A DNA stretch of 64,000 nucleotides from Opitutaceae bacterium (GTDB taxonomy: Bacteria > Verrucomicrobiota > Verrucomicrobiia > Opitutales > Opitutaceae). The stretch lies in NCBI GenBank assembly GCA_019634615.1, contig JAHCAZ010000016.1:10020-74019 (forward strand), in the 5' to 3' direction. The notes under the pieces are model-generated. The model made no database searches. It was given only the letters and a program-made list of their open reading frames with translations, and was not told the origin of the DNA. The translations under genes and the position numbers were made by a program. Below are positions 35,969 to 46,612 of the stretch, in pieces. Every line of letters begins with the position of its first letter. Positions within the stretch are counted from its first letter, which is position 1.

Positions 35969-37810
35969 AACGTCCGTAATCCGAATAGCCTTCGTCTCCG
36001 CCGACAGCGGCACGCTGATCCTCGCCACGTAATCCTCCTTCGCCGGCAAACCGTCCTGCGTGTACGAATTGTGCGGCACCAGCGGGTAGTCGAGCAGTGC
36101 ACCCTCGGGTAATTCCCAGTTAAGGCCGCGCCAATTGAAGCCACGCTGCGGCCGCGGGCCGCCGTTGTGATGGATCAGTACCGTCGGGTCGATCTGCTCC
36201 TCGCCATGCTCGCTCTTCAGCGTGTCCCCCGGGCGCAGGGCCAGCATCAGGCCGAACTCGTAGTGCACCCCCGGTTCCGCCTTCGCCAGGCGGGCGGTGA
36301 CCTCGCAGCGGCTGCCGGCGACACTCACGCCGACGACGATCTCGTCGGCGCCGAAGCTGTAGGCGACGTCGGCCGAAGTCGCCGTCGCCTGCACGCATCG
36401 GGCGCTGACCGGCACATACGCGCGACCAGCGCTGGTGCGACGCACAGTCGAGAACCGGGGCATGAACTTGCTGTTGCCCGTGCCCGCGAGATATCCGGCC
36501 CGCCGGTGCCAGATCTCGAGGAAGTTCTGCGCATCGAGCACGAAGCGGCTCGGGTGCTCGGGCACCACCTGCCATGAGAGCGCGGCCTGCCAGTCTCCCG
36601 AGCGCAGGCAGGCGGCGGGCAACGTCGCCGGCGGGATGATGTCGAACCCGGGGCGCGCCGCCAGGTCGGCGGCGAAGGCAAGCGCCGCAAACGAACCATA
36701 GAACGCGAAACCCTGCGCGGCGTTGTCGCGCACGCCCTTGCTGGCCAGGTGCGCCCGGGCCGCCGGCAGGCGCTGGGCGATGAGCCGCCGTCCGGCGGCG
36801 GTGCGCAGGAAGCTCGGCGGCAGGAACATGAACGGCGACGGGTAATACCGCATCCGCACATCCAGCGCCACCGAGGCTGAACCGTCGGGGAAACTGAGGT
36901 GCTCGAGGAAGCCCGCAAAACGCCCGAGGCTGGCCAGCGTCGCGGCGTCGCCCGAGGCCTCCGCATAGAGCGAAACCGCCTCGGCCGTGACCAAGGCGTA
37001 ACCCACCACGATGCCATGCCCCTCGGGCCAATAGCCGTCGGCCGTCTGGAACGGCAGGACGCAGCGCGCGAAGAAATCGCGGGCAAAGTCCACCCATTCC
37101 GGCCGCTGGAAACGCCGGCCGGCCGCGTCGAAGAGCAGGCCGTGCCAGACGTCGTGGTTGCCCGGGAACTCCGCCGGCGTCACCCGGAACTTCTCGACGA
37201 ATCGGGCATGCAGGGCGCCGGTCGCACCCTCGACGGCGCGCGCCAGCCGGGCGCGCAGCTCCGGCGTGCCGAGGTTGTGCCGCTCCATCACGCCGAGGGA
37301 ACCCAGCAGGTAGTAATTGAGCCACTCGCCGATGTGCCGGCCCCAGTCGCGCCCGCGCGAGAAATGCGGCGTGTGAAACTCGGCATCGGTGATCGACAAC
37401 ACGTACTCGAGATTACGCAGGGCAAACGCGGCATACTGCGTGCGCTCCGCCGGCGTCGCCCCGGGCACCTCGCCGGTGGCGAGCAGGAGCAGCGCGTGAT
37501 GACTGAACTGGTTGTAATAGGAGGGCCCCCGGGCGGTCGGCCAGTCGACCAGGTCCAGGTCCATGCTGCCGGACTTGCCGTAGTGCGGGGCGAGCAGCCG
37601 GGCGTAATCGAGGAGGTAACCGGCGATCTGCGGACGCAGGGTCGCCAGGTCGGGCGCGGGATCGTGGGCGGGGTTGGCTGGGGTCGGGTCGGATGGGGCG
37701 CTCATGGCAAGGCTGGGGATCAGGCGGAGGGCGGGCAAACCGGCGGCCAGCACGGCGGACCGGCGAAGAAAGGCGCGACGCGAGGCGGGATCGTCAGGTT
37801 TCCCGGACAT
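35963..37810 (-). CDS. Tat-signal secreted protein of unknown function (615 aa)
   Basis: The N-terminus has a twin-arginine motif, SRRAFLRRSAVLAAGLPAL. I see no confident family signature. The helical-repeat-then-beta layout is only loosely suggestive of a polysaccharide lyase or hydrolase. Confidence 0.6.
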   Translation of the reverse strand: MSGKPDDPASRRAFLRRSAVLAAGLPALRLIPSLAMSAPSDPTPANPAHDPAPDLATLRPQIAGYLLDYARLLAPHYGKSGSMDLDLVDWPTARGPSYYNQFSHHALLLLATGEVPGATPAERTQYAAFALRNLEYVLSITDAEFHTPHFSRGRDWGRHIGEWLNYYLLGSLGVMERHNLGTPELRARLARAVEGATGALHARFVEKFRVTPAEFPGNHDVWHGLLFDAAGRRFQRPEWVDFARDFFARCVLPFQTADGYWPEGHGIVVGYALVTAEAVSLYAEASGDAATLASLGRFAGFLEHLSFPDGSASVALDVRMRYYPSPFMFLPPSFLRTAAGRRLIAQRLPAARAHLASKGVRDNAAQGFAFYGSFAALAFAADLAARPGFDIIPPATLPAACLRSGDWQAALSWQVVPEHPSRFVLDAQNFLEIWHRRAGYLAGTGNSKFMPRFSTVRRTSAGRAYVPVSARCVQATATSADVAYSFGADEIVVGVSVAGSRCEVTARLAKAEPGVHYEFGLMLALRPGDTLKSEHGEEQIDPTVLIHHNGGPRPQRGFNWRGLNWELPEGALLDYPLVPHNSYTQDGLPAKEDYVARISVPLSAETKAIRITDVG

Positions 37811-38801
37811 GGGCCGCCGTCTTCTGCCGCCGCGCCCCGGGCCGCGGGCCCTTGACTGCGGCCTTCGCCGCCGCGCGCAGGACCGTCATCATCCGGAGCA
37901 TGTCGGCCGGGAGCGGTGCCTCGAGATCGAGCACCTTGCCGGAGATCGGGTGCGTGCAGACGAGGTGCGCCGCGTGGAGCATCACGCGCGGCGGCTGCTG
38001 CCTCAGGCGGGCGTCCGGTTTCCAGCCATAGACCTCGTCACCGAGGAGGATGTGGCCCAGCGATTTCAGATGCACGCGGATCTGGTGCGTGCGGCCCGTG
38101 TGGATGCGGCAGCGGATCAATGCGCCGACCTGGCCGAATTTCTCGACGACCTCCCAGTCGGTGTGCGCGTCGCGTCCGCCGGCCTCGGTCTCAACGACGG
38201 CCATCTTGTGCCGCTGCTGCTGGTTGCGGCCGATGGCCTTGCGGATGGACCCGCTGAGGAGGGCCGGGGCGCCGGCGACGAGGGCGAGGTATTCCTTCTG
38301 GGTGGTGCGGCTGGAAAACTGCTCGGCGAGCCCGCGGTGGGCGCGGTCGTTCTTGGCCACGACCATCACGCCCGAGGTTTCACGGTCGAGGCGGTGCACG
38401 ATGCCGGGGCGCTCCACCCCGCCGATGCCGCTGAGGCTGCCTTGGCAGTGCGCCAAGAGGGCGTGCACCAGCGTGTCCTCCCCGGTGCCCGCGCCGGGAT
38501 GGACGATCATGCCCGCAGCCTTGTTGATCGCGAGGACGTGCCTGTCCTCGAAGAGGATGTCCAACGGGATCGCCACGGCCTTCAGCGCGGCCGGCTTGGT
38601 CTCGGGCAGGACGAAGGTCAGCTCATCGCCGGAGTTCACGGCCTGGTCGCGCTTGATCACGCGGCCGTGGAGCGTGACCAGCCCGGCGTCGAAGGCGCGC
38701 TGCAGGGCGACGCGGCTGTGCTCGGGGAAGGCCTCGGCCAGCACCTTGTCCGCGCGGCGGCCGCGGCAACCGGCCGGGATCAGGTAGGGCTGGGGAGGCA
38801 T
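37794..38801 (-). CDS. rluD: RluA-family 23S rRNA pseudouridine synthase (RluD-like)
   Basis: It has an S4-like N-terminus, then LAINKAAGMIVHPG, HRLDRETSGVMVVAK and HTGRTHQIRVHL. I trimmed it from the fused ORF 37794..39701 to ATG 38801. Confidence 0.9.
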   Translation of the reverse strand: MPPQPYLIPAGCRGRRADKVLAEAFPEHSRVALQRAFDAGLVTLHGRVIKRDQAVNSGDELTFVLPETKPAALKAVAIPLDILFEDRHVLAINKAAGMIVHPGAGTGEDTLVHALLAHCQGSLSGIGGVERPGIVHRLDRETSGVMVVAKNDRAHRGLAEQFSSRTTQKEYLALVAGAPALLSGSIRKAIGRNQQQRHKMAVVETEAGGRDAHTDWEVVEKFGQVGALIRCRIHTGRTHQIRVHLKSLGHILLGDEVYGWKPDARLRQQPPRVMLHAAHLVCTHPISGKVLDLEAPLPADMLRMMTVLRAAAKAAVKGPRPGARRQKTAAHVRET

Positions 38802-38806
38802 GCAGG

Positions 38807-39784
38807 TCAGTTGCCGCCAACGAGCCGGTCGATCTCGGCCGTCATGGCGCGGCGCACGTCCGCCGCGACCGAGGCGACGGCCCAGCCGTTCTTGGCCACG
38901 CGGCCGAGCTCGGCGGGGGTGAAACCAAGCTCGGCGGCGAGCACGGTGTATTCCTCCGTGATCGTATTGGCGAAGCAGAGGGGGTCGTCGGTGCTCACCG
39001 TGCAGCGCACGCCGGCCTCCATGAGGCGGCGGATGGGGTGCTCGGCCATCGAGGGAACCACGCGGAGGCCGACGTTGCTGAGCGGGCAGACGTCGAACGT
39101 GACTCCGCGTTCGGCCGCGAGGCGGACGACCGCCGGGTCCTCGATTGCCCGCACGCCGTGCTGGATGCGATCGACCCCGAGTTCCTCGATGGCCTCGCGC
39201 ACGCGCGCCGGGCCGTCGAACTCGCCGGCGTGGCACTTGGTCACCTTGCCGGCGGCGCGCAGGCGCGCCCAGATGGCGGCGGTCCCGGTCTCGGTGCGCA
39301 TCTGCTCGTAGCCGTGAAGGTCGACCCCGGCGAGGTCGTCCCAGGTGTGCAACTGGTCGATCACCGGCCGCAGGTCGCCGGTGATGTCGCTGCGCAGCAT
39401 GCCGGCAAAGACGCGGACCTCCAGCCCGGCCGGCGCGGCGGCGCGGATGGCGGCGATGATCTCGGGACCCGGCGTGTTGATGAACTTCGTCACCGGGAGA
39501 TGAAAACTGGTCTCCACATAGCGCACGTGCTGCCGCACGTGGCCGGCGAAGAGTTCGCGGCAGGCCTCGTGGTAGCGATCGGCCGAGGTGAACCATGGTA
39601 GCGCCTGCGACAGGAGCGTGTTCTCGAAGTCCGGGAACGACGGATAACGGTAAGCCCGCGCACGGTACGGCGGATGCTCGGGATAATCCTGCGGACGCCA
39701 CCGGTGCAGCAGATGATACGGCAGCGCGCCCTCGACGTGCAAGTGGGTCTCCGTCTTCGGGAGCGCCTGGATGAAGTCGAGCAT
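38807..39784 (-). CDS. adenosine deaminase family protein
   Basis: [19 protein letters not shown].., and VSTDDPLCF are metal and catalytic motifs of the ADA fold. I set the start at ATG 39784. Confidence 0.8.
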   Translation of the reverse strand: MLDFIQALPKTETHLHVEGALPYHLLHRWRPQDYPEHPPYRARAYRYPSFPDFENTLLSQALPWFTSADRYHEACRELFAGHVRQHVRYVETSFHLPVTKFINTPGPEIIAAIRAAAPAGLEVRVFAGMLRSDITGDLRPVIDQLHTWDDLAGVDLHGYEQMRTETGTAAIWARLRAAGKVTKCHAGEFDGPARVREAIEELGVDRIQHGVRAIEDPAVVRLAAERGVTFDVCPLSNVGLRVVPSMAEHPIRRLMEAGVRCTVSTDDPLCFANTITEEYTVLAAELGFTPAELGRVAKNGWAVASVAADVRRAMTAEIDRLVGGN

Positions 39785-39804
39785 GCGATCAGGTATGATT
39801 CCTT

Positions 39805-39882
39805 GGGTAGGGCCCGGCCTCCGGACGGGCCGCGTTGCGCATGCGCAAATCAAACCGGCCGTCCGGAGGCCGGCCGCTACCC
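39805..39882. repeat. GC-rich palindromic REP-like element, copy 2
   Basis: The right arm (39855-39882) is identical to the copy 1 right arm. The left arm gggtagggcccggcctccggacgggccg is a drifted version. Confidence 0.85.
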
Positions 39883-39907
39883 ATGGACCAAGAGGCTTTG
39901 AGCATCC

Positions 39908-41035
39908 TCATCTCTTTTTGCTGCCCAGGAGATATTCCGGGTTCAGCTTGTGCAGCGACTTCGGGACGAAGATGCCGTCCTTGCGGATGAGTTTGCCGTC
40001 GAACCAGATCTCGCCGCCGCCGTACTCGGGGCGCTGGATGCAGACCATGTCCCAGTGGACCTGCGACTTGTTGCCGTTGCCGCAGTCCTCGTATGCCTGG
40101 CCGGGCGTGAAGTGGAAGGAGCCGGCGATCTTCTCGTCGAAGAGGATGTCGCGCATGGGCTCGAGAATGTGCGGGTTGAAGCCGATGGCGAACTCGCCGA
40201 TGTAGCGGGCACCGGCGTCGCTATCGAGGATCTCGTTGAGACGTTTCGTGTTGTTGGACGTGGCCTCGACGATGCGGCCCTGCTTGAAGACGAGGCGGAT
40301 GTTGTCGAACGACGAGCCGAGATAGACCGTCGGGGCATTGTACTGGATCACGCCCTCGACGGAATCGCGCACCGGGCACGAGAACACCTCGCCGTCGGGG
40401 ATGTTGCGCAGGCCGCCGCAGGTCTTGGCGCCGATGCCCTTGATGGAGAACTTGAGGTCGGTGCCGGGGCCCTTGATGTGCACGCGGTCGGTTTTCACCA
40501 TCAGGTCATGCAGCGCCTTCATGCCGGGCTCCATGCGCGCGTAGTCGAGGGTGCAGACCTTGAAGTAGAAATCCTCGAAGGCCTCGGTGCTCATGCCGGC
40601 CTGCTGGGCCATGGCGCTGGTGGGCCAGCGAAGGACGACCCACTTGGTCTGGCCGACACGGTAGTCGAGCACGGGCTTCATCAGGCGGCTGACGAGCTGG
40701 ACCTTGGCCGCGGGGACGTCGGAGGCCTCAAAGATATTTTCCGATCCGCGCAGGGCGATGTAGGCGTCCATCTTCTGCATCCGGGCGAGTTCGATGTCGG
40801 CCAGCGGCGCGTACTGCGCCTCCTCGGCCCCGAGCGTGAGCTCGCGGGTCACGCGGGCGCGGTGGAGCTGCACGTAGGGATGGGCGCCGCGGGCGCGGAC
40901 GGCACGGACCAGCGCGATGACCATGGCCTCGGGGATGTCGAAGGCGTCGATGAGGACGCGCTCGCCCTTCTTGAGGGCGGTCGAGAACCGGGTGAGGCCG
41001 GCGGCCAGGTCGTGGTAGCGGGAGTCGATAATCAT
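39908..41035 (-). CDS. aminopeptidase, M29 (AmpS/PepS) family
   Basis: The overall layout fits, with [21 protein letters not shown] and [12 protein letters not shown] present. I set the start at ATG 41035. Confidence 0.85.
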   Translation of the reverse strand: MIIDSRYHDLAAGLTRFSTALKKGERVLIDAFDIPEAMVIALVRAVRARGAHPYVQLHRARVTRELTLGAEEAQYAPLADIELARMQKMDAYIALRGSENIFEASDVPAAKVQLVSRLMKPVLDYRVGQTKWVVLRWPTSAMAQQAGMSTEAFEDFYFKVCTLDYARMEPGMKALHDLMVKTDRVHIKGPGTDLKFSIKGIGAKTCGGLRNIPDGEVFSCPVRDSVEGVIQYNAPTVYLGSSFDNIRLVFKQGRIVEATSNNTKRLNEILDSDAGARYIGEFAIGFNPHILEPMRDILFDEKIAGSFHFTPGQAYEDCGNGNKSQVHWDMVCIQRPEYGGGEIWFDGKLIRKDGIFVPKSLHKLNPEYLLGSKKR

Positions 41036-41083
41036 GGGGGGAGCTAACCGGGTCGGGGCCGGGGCGAGCAAGGCAATAGCGGG

Positions 41084-42277
41084 TCAGTTCCGCGCCGGCT
41101 CGCTCCGCGGGAAGCAGATCCGCCCCACGGCCTCGTCGAAGTCGGCGGCGCCGTGCAGGATCTCGATCTCGAGGCGCAGGTAGTAGAGCGGGAGCGGATA
41201 GGCGCGGTTTTCCGGGATGCGCACGGCGTCCTTCTCGGTCGTCACGAGGCACTCGGCGCCCTCGCGCTTGGCCAGGGCGAAGAGCTCGTCGAAGTCCTCG
41301 TCGACGTAGCGGTAGTGGTCGAGGTAGCGCTCACGCGCGACGATCTTCGCGCCGAGGTCGCGCAGGAACTTCTCGAAGCTCTCGGGCGTCGCGATGCCGC
41401 TGAACGCAAGGACGCGGCGGCCCTTCAGCCACGCGAGTTCCTGGCGCTCGCCGCTGCCGAAGCGCTGGAGGTGCTGCGGCCGGTGGGCGCACTCGATGAT
41501 GTCGACGCCCGGGTTGAACTTCTGGATCGTGGCCTCGAGCTCCGGATCGCGCTGACCGTTGGACTTGGTGAGGAACACGTAGGAGGCCCGGCGCAGGTGC
41601 TTCACGGGCTCGCGCAGGATGCCGCGCGGGAGGAGGTGGCCGTTGCCGAAGGGGTTGGTCTTGTCGACGAGAAGCAGGTTGAGCCGGCCCTTCAGCGGCA
41701 GGTACTGGAAGCCGTCATCGAGGACCAGCGTGTCGCAGCCGAAGCGCTTGATGGCGTAGGCGCCGGCCTTCACGCGGTTCTTGTCCACGAGCACGATCAC
41801 GCCCGGCAGGTTGCGGGCGAGCATGTAGGGTTCGTCGCCGGCCTGCTCGCTGTCGAGGAGCACGGTGTTGCCGTCGCTGACGACGCGCGGGGGCGGCTCC
41901 TCGGCGTGGGTGAAGGCCCACCACCAGCGCTTCCAGCGCGGGGCGGACTTGCTCTTGTAGCCGCGGCTCAGGATGGCGACCTTGCGGCCGCGGTCGCGCA
42001 GGGCGCGGGCGAACTTTTCCACGACGGGGGTCTTGCCGGTGCCGCCGACGGTGAGATTGCCGACCACCACGACAAGGCAGCCGAGGGGCTCGTCGTGGAG
42101 GATGCGGTGCCGGTAGAGCCAGAATCGCAGCTGCGCCAGGGCGCTGAAGATGAACGACAAGGCGTAGAGAACGGCCGCGTAGACCGCCGCGCCCGTGCCC
42201 GCCCGCCGGCCGAGGATCACGTCCACCGTGAACAGCTCGAGGGCATTGGACTTTTTCTTCAGCCAGGATTGCGACAT
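41084..42277 (-). CDS. lpxK: tetraacyldisaccharide 4'-kinase
   Basis: The [22 protein letters not shown]-loop context is typical of LpxK. I set the start at ATG 42277. Confidence 0.85.
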   Translation of the reverse strand: MSQSWLKKKSNALELFTVDVILGRRAGTGAAVYAAVLYALSFIFSALAQLRFWLYRHRILHDEPLGCLVVVVGNLTVGGTGKTPVVEKFARALRDRGRKVAILSRGYKSKSAPRWKRWWWAFTHAEEPPPRVVSDGNTVLLDSEQAGDEPYMLARNLPGVIVLVDKNRVKAGAYAIKRFGCDTLVLDDGFQYLPLKGRLNLLLVDKTNPFGNGHLLPRGILREPVKHLRRASYVFLTKSNGQRDPELEATIQKFNPGVDIIECAHRPQHLQRFGSGERQELAWLKGRRVLAFSGIATPESFEKFLRDLGAKIVARERYLDHYRYVDEDFDELFALAKREGAECLVTTEKDAVRIPENRAYPLPLYYLRLEIEILHGAADFDEAVGRICFPRSEPARN

Positions 42278-42362
42278 GCGGCAATGACAGCAATGAGGGT
42301 TGACGCGCCTTTTGGAAAGGAGCTTTCGTAAACAGCTTTTGCGGCACCTGCCAAGCCACGCC

Positions 42363-43451
42363 ATGACCTACAAGCTCTTCATTCCCGGCCCCATCGCCGT
42401 CTCCGAAAAGACCCTGCGCGCCATGGCGCAGCCCATGATCGGCCATCGCAGCACGGACTTCGTCGCGCTCTACCGCGCGCTCCAGCCCGAGCTCCAGGCC
42501 CTGTTCTACACCCAGGACCCGGTGTACCTCTCGACGAGCAGCGCTTGGGGCGTGATGGAGGGTGCGATCCGCAATGTCGTGCGGAAGAAGGTGCTGAACT
42601 GCATGAACGGCGCCTTTTCCGACAAGTGGTTCGACGTCGCCCAGCGCTGCGGCAAGCAGGCCGGTGCGCTGAAGTTCGACTGGGGCCAGCCCGTCGACCC
42701 GGCCGCGCTCCGCCGCGAGCTTGCCACGGGCGCCTACGACGCCGTCACCCTCATCCACAATGAGACCTCAACCGGCACCATGAGCGACCTCCCGGCCATC
42801 ATGGCCGTGCTGCGCGAGTTCCCCGACGTGATCTCGATCGTCGACACGGTCAGCTCATTCAGCGTCCTCCCGATCAAGAAGGACGAGCTCGGCATCGACA
42901 TCCTCCTCACCGGCTCGCAGAAGGCCCTCGCCCTGCCCCCGGGCCTGGCGATCTTCTCGGTTTCAAAGCGTGCCCTCGACCGGGCGGCGCAGGCCGCGGA
43001 CCGCGGGTATTACTTCGACCTCGTGGAATTCCAGAAGAACCACGAGAACGGCATGACCCCGAGCACACCGGTCATCCCGCTGATCTATGCCCTGCAGTCG
43101 AAGCTCGCCGACATCAAGGCCGAGGGTCTCGAGGCCCGCTACGCCCGCCACCGCCGCCTCAACGCCACCGTGCGCGCCTGGGGCTACGCCAACGGCTTCA
43201 AATTGTTCCCGGCGGAGGCCTACGGCTCGCTCGCCCTCAACTGCTTCGCCAACACCCGCAATCTGGACCTCGGCGTGTTGAACAAAGTCCTCAAGGCCAA
43301 GCACGGCCTCGTGATCGACGGCGGCTACGGCAAACTGAAGGGTAAAACCTTCCGCATCTCCAACATGGGTGACGAGACCGATGGCACGATCGCCGAGCTG
43401 ATTGCGGCCCTCGACAGCGCCCTGAAAGAGACCCCCGTGGCCTCGGCCTGA
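42363..43451 (+). CDS. class V aminotransferase (serine-pyruvate/alanine-glyoxylate type)
   Basis: [16 protein letters not shown].. and [16 protein letters not shown] (PLP lysine context) are present. I set the start at ATG 42363. Confidence 0.85.
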   Translation: MTYKLFIPGPIAVSEKTLRAMAQPMIGHRSTDFVALYRALQPELQALFYTQDPVYLSTSSAWGVMEGAIRNVVRKKVLNCMNGAFSDKWFDVAQRCGKQAGALKFDWGQPVDPAALRRELATGAYDAVTLIHNETSTGTMSDLPAIMAVLREFPDVISIVDTVSSFSVLPIKKDELGIDILLTGSQKALALPPGLAIFSVSKRALDRAAQAADRGYYFDLVEFQKNHENGMTPSTPVIPLIYALQSKLADIKAEGLEARYARHRRLNATVRAWGYANGFKLFPAEAYGSLALNCFANTRNLDLGVLNKVLKAKHGLVIDGGYGKLKGKTFRISNMGDETDGTIAELIAALDSALKETPVASA

Positions 43452-43526
43452 ACGCGTGCCGGCAGCTGCACTGAAAAAACAAAGCCTTGAAATCGGTCGG
43501 CGCGGCGCCTAACGCCTCGCCGCCTC

Positions 43527-46313
43527 ATGAAGTCACTCATCATCGCCGAGAAGCCGTCCGTCGCGGCGGATCTCGCGCGGGCCCTCGGCAAAATCCACAA
43601 GCAAGGCGACCATTACGAGAACGACGAGTACGTGATCTCGTCGGCGGTCGGCCACCTCGTGGAGCTCGAGATGCCCGAGGATATCGACAAGAAGAAATAC
43701 GGCTTCTGGCGCCTCGAGACCCTCCCGATCATCCCGTCCAAGTTCGGCCTCAAGCCGATCGCCGATTCGAAGGATCGCTTCGGCCACCTGAAAAAGCTGC
43801 TCGCGCGGAAGGACATCGGCCTCGTCATCAACGCCTGCGACGCCGGCCGCGAGGGCGAGCTGATCTTCACCTACATCTACCAGCTCACGAAGTGCAAAAT
43901 CCCGTTCAAGCGCGCGTGGATGCAGACCATGACCAAGGAGGGCATCCTCGAGGCCTTCCGCAGCCTGCGCAGCGCCGAGCAGATGGCCGGACTCGCCGAC
44001 GCGGCCCGGTGCCGCAGCGAGAGCGACTGGCTCATCGGCATCAACGGCACCCGCGCCCTGACCAAGCGCATGTTTGGCTCCCGCGCCGGCAACGTCGCCT
44101 CGGTCGGCCGCGTGCAGACCCCCACCCTCGCCATCGTTTACGCGCGCGAACTGGAAATCCGCAATTTCAAGCCGCGCGACTACTGGCGCATCACCGCCAA
44201 GTTCGAAATCGCCAAGGGCACCTACGAGGGCGTTTACCAGCGGCCTGATTTCAAGAAGGCCGAAGGCGACGACCACGACCGCATCGACCGCATCTGGGAC
44301 CGCGCCGTCGCCGAGGCCGTCACCGCCGCCTGCCAGGGTCACCCGGCCGCGGAGGTCACCGAGGAAAAGAAGGCCAGCACCCAGGCCGCCCCGCGCCTCT
44401 ACGACCTCACCACCCTCCAGCGCGAGGCCAACAACCGCTTCGGCCTGCCCGCCCGCCGCACGCTCCAGATCGCCCAGGCCCTCTACGAGCGGCACAAGAT
44501 GATCACCTACCCCCGCACCGACTCGCGCGCGCTGCCGGAGGACTACATCCCGACCTGCCGCGAGACCCTGCAGAACCTGCACGGCGAGCTCGCCCCGCAC
44601 GCGCACCGCGTCCTCGACCAGGGCTGGCTGCGCCCGAACAAGCGCATCTTCAACAACGCGCAGATCTCCGATCACTTCGCCATCATCCCCACCACGCACG
44701 AGGCCAAGCACCTCGACGAGATGGAGGCCAAGATCTTCGACATGATCGCCCGCCGCTTCGTCGCCGCGTTTCACCCGGCCGCGGAGTTCGATGTCACCAC
44801 CCGCACCAGCACGGTCAAGGGTCACGCCTTCAAGACCGAGGGCAAGGTGATGACCGCCCCCGGCTGGCTTGCCGTCTATGGCAAGGGCGTGGCCGTCGGC
44901 GAGGCCGCCGACGCCCCCGAGCTGCCCGCGCTTTCGCCCGATGACCGCGGCCACGCGAAGACCCTCGAGGCCACCCTGCACGCCGAGGCCACCAAGCCGC
45001 CGCCGCGCTACACCGAAGCCACGCTGCTCTCCGCGATGGAAGGCGCCGGCAAGCTCGTCGACGACGATGAGCTCGCCGAGGCCATGAAGGAACGCGGCCT
45101 GGGCACGCCCGCCACCCGCGCCGACACGATCGACGGCCTCATCAACCAGAAGTACATGGACCGGAACCAGCGCGAGCTGGTGCCGACCGCCAAGGCCGAG
45201 CAGCTCCTCCAGTTCCTCACCGCCGTGAAGACCGAGGCGCTCACCAGCCCCGCCATGACCGGCGAGTGGGAGTTCAAGCTCCGCCAGATGGAGCACGGCA
45301 AGTTCTCCCGCGAGAAATTCATGGAGGAGGTCATCGAGCAGACCAAGGGCATCGTCGAGCGCGTGAAGGGCTTCGAGGAGGACGACTCCGCCGCCCGCGT
45401 CACCGACATTCCCTCGCCCACCGATGGCCTGCCGCTGCGCGAGACCCTCCGCGGCTACAAGTCGCAGGACGGCGAGCTCATGCTCTACAAGGTCATCGGC
45501 GGCCGCAAGATGGAGGAGCACGAGATCCGCGAACTCGTGGCCAAACGCACCATCGGGCCGCTCGACGGCTTCATCTCCGCCAAGACCCGCAGCCGCTTCG
45601 CCGCCACCCTGCGCCTCGTGAAGGACGAAGAGAAGGGCAAGTGGAAGGCCGAGTTTGATTTCGGCGACAAGGTGGACCTCGGCACCGTCGAGCCCTTCTG
45701 GACCGATCCCGCCACGGGCACCCAGCTCTGCGAAGTCGGCTCCAGTTATGTCCTGCGCGAGCAGGTCGGCGGCGAATGGAAGCAGGCTTTCCGCGTCGGC
45801 CGCCTCATGTGCCAGAAGCCGATCACCCGCGAGCACGCCATCCAGCTCGTGAGCCAGGGAAAGACCGACCTGATCCAGGGCTTCATCTCCAAGAAGGGCC
45901 GCCCCTTCGACGCCTTCCTCAAGCGCGAGGCCGGCCGCATCGCCTGGGAATTTCCGCCGCGCGCGCCGAAGATCGGCAAGGACGGCAAGCCCATCGAGCG
46001 CAAGGCCAAGGCGCCGCCGGACCTGTCCAAGGCCGTCGTCCTCGGCGAAAGCAAGTTGCATGGCGGCGAGCTCATGCAGACCGAGGACGCCTACTACGTG
46101 CGCAAGCCCGACCAGGACAACCGCGTCGTCTTCAAGCTCACCCGCAACCTGTGCCAGAAGGACATCGGCGCCGACGAGGTGCAGCGCCTCGTCACGGATG
46201 GGAAGACCTCGCTCATCGAGGGCTTCGTCTCAAAGCGCGGGGCGCATTTCAGCGCCTACCTCGTCCTCTCGCCCAAGAAGGACAAGGCCGATTTCGAGTT
46301 CCCGCCGCGGTGA
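43527..46313 (+). CDS. topB: DNA topoisomerase III with three C-terminal repeats
   Basis: It has a TOPRIM N-terminus (MKSLIIAEKPSVAADLARALG, CDAGREGELIF) and YPRTDSRALPEDY. Three C-terminal GF(I/V)S(K/A)K.R.F.A.L units follow. Confidence 0.9.
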   Translation: MKSLIIAEKPSVAADLARALGKIHKQGDHYENDEYVISSAVGHLVELEMPEDIDKKKYGFWRLETLPIIPSKFGLKPIADSKDRFGHLKKLLARKDIGLVINACDAGREGELIFTYIYQLTKCKIPFKRAWMQTMTKEGILEAFRSLRSAEQMAGLADAARCRSESDWLIGINGTRALTKRMFGSRAGNVASVGRVQTPTLAIVYARELEIRNFKPRDYWRITAKFEIAKGTYEGVYQRPDFKKAEGDDHDRIDRIWDRAVAEAVTAACQGHPAAEVTEEKKASTQAAPRLYDLTTLQREANNRFGLPARRTLQIAQALYERHKMITYPRTDSRALPEDYIPTCRETLQNLHGELAPHAHRVLDQGWLRPNKRIFNNAQISDHFAIIPTTHEAKHLDEMEAKIFDMIARRFVAAFHPAAEFDVTTRTSTVKGHAFKTEGKVMTAPGWLAVYGKGVAVGEAADAPELPALSPDDRGHAKTLEATLHAEATKPPPRYTEATLLSAMEGAGKLVDDDELAEAMKERGLGTPATRADTIDGLINQKYMDRNQRELVPTAKAEQLLQFLTAVKTEALTSPAMTGEWEFKLRQMEHGKFSREKFMEEVIEQTKGIVERVKGFEEDDSAARVTDIPSPTDGLPLRETLRGYKSQDGELMLYKVIGGRKMEEHEIRELVAKRTIGPLDGFISAKTRSRFAATLRLVKDEEKGKWKAEFDFGDKVDLGTVEPFWTDPATGTQLCEVGSSYVLREQVGGEWKQAFRVGRLMCQKPITREHAIQLVSQGKTDLIQGFISKKGRPFDAFLKREAGRIAWEFPPRAPKIGKDGKPIERKAKAPPDLSKAVVLGESKLHGGELMQTEDAYYVRKPDQDNRVVFKLTRNLCQKDIGADEVQRLVTDGKTSLIEGFVSKRGAHFSAYLVLSPKKDKADFEFPPR

Positions 46314-46375
46314 GCAGTCGTCAGCGCCGGAAACGATAGGGCGGGCCATCAGCCCTCCCCGTATGTGGGCCAAAA

Positions 46376-46612
46376 TACCTGGGGCTTCGCCCCAGGCTGT
46401 TATCGGCCGCGCCGTCGGCGCTCCTGCGATCACCTGGGATTCAGCGTTAGTGTTAGGAGAATTGGGTAGCGGACGGCCAACGCGTGATCCCCGGCTGTGA
46501 TCGGTCGCGCCATCGGCGCTCTGGAACGGCGCACTGAAGGTGCGCACCATAATAGCCCGGGGTGAAACCCCGGGTTTCCGGTGTTTTCCCGCTGCGGAGG
46601 GCTGAAAGCCCG
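46376..46612. repeat. composite cluster of short GC-rich hairpins and a ~30-nt direct repeat
   Basis: The hairpins are cctggggc-ttc-gccccagg (46378-46396), gcgcac-tgaag-gtgcgc (46529-46545), cccgggg-tgaaa-ccccggg (46556-46574) and gggct-gaa-agccc (46599-46611). The direct repeat is ggctgttatcggccgcgccgtcggcgctc versus ggctgtgatcggtcgcgccatcggcgctc, about 97 nt apart. A gggtagcggacggcc fragment sits at 46464. Confidence 0.75.

Noticed and set aside
43533-46061. Very long ORFs antisense to confidently identified genes. Examples: 43533..46061 opposite topB, 7236..9203 opposite uvrA, 9329..11119 opposite DUF1302, 13643..15130 opposite the RND gene, 16136..17857 opposite the TPR gene, 30490..32259 opposite ilvD, 58600..60939 opposite metG, 59981..61741 opposite the kinase, 3576..4946 opposite dinB.
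   Set aside because: Their translations are Arg/Gly/Ala/Asp/Pro-rich low-complexity strings with no motifs, whereas the opposite strand encodes recognisable proteins. This is the expected stop-codon-poor shadow of high-GC coding DNA.
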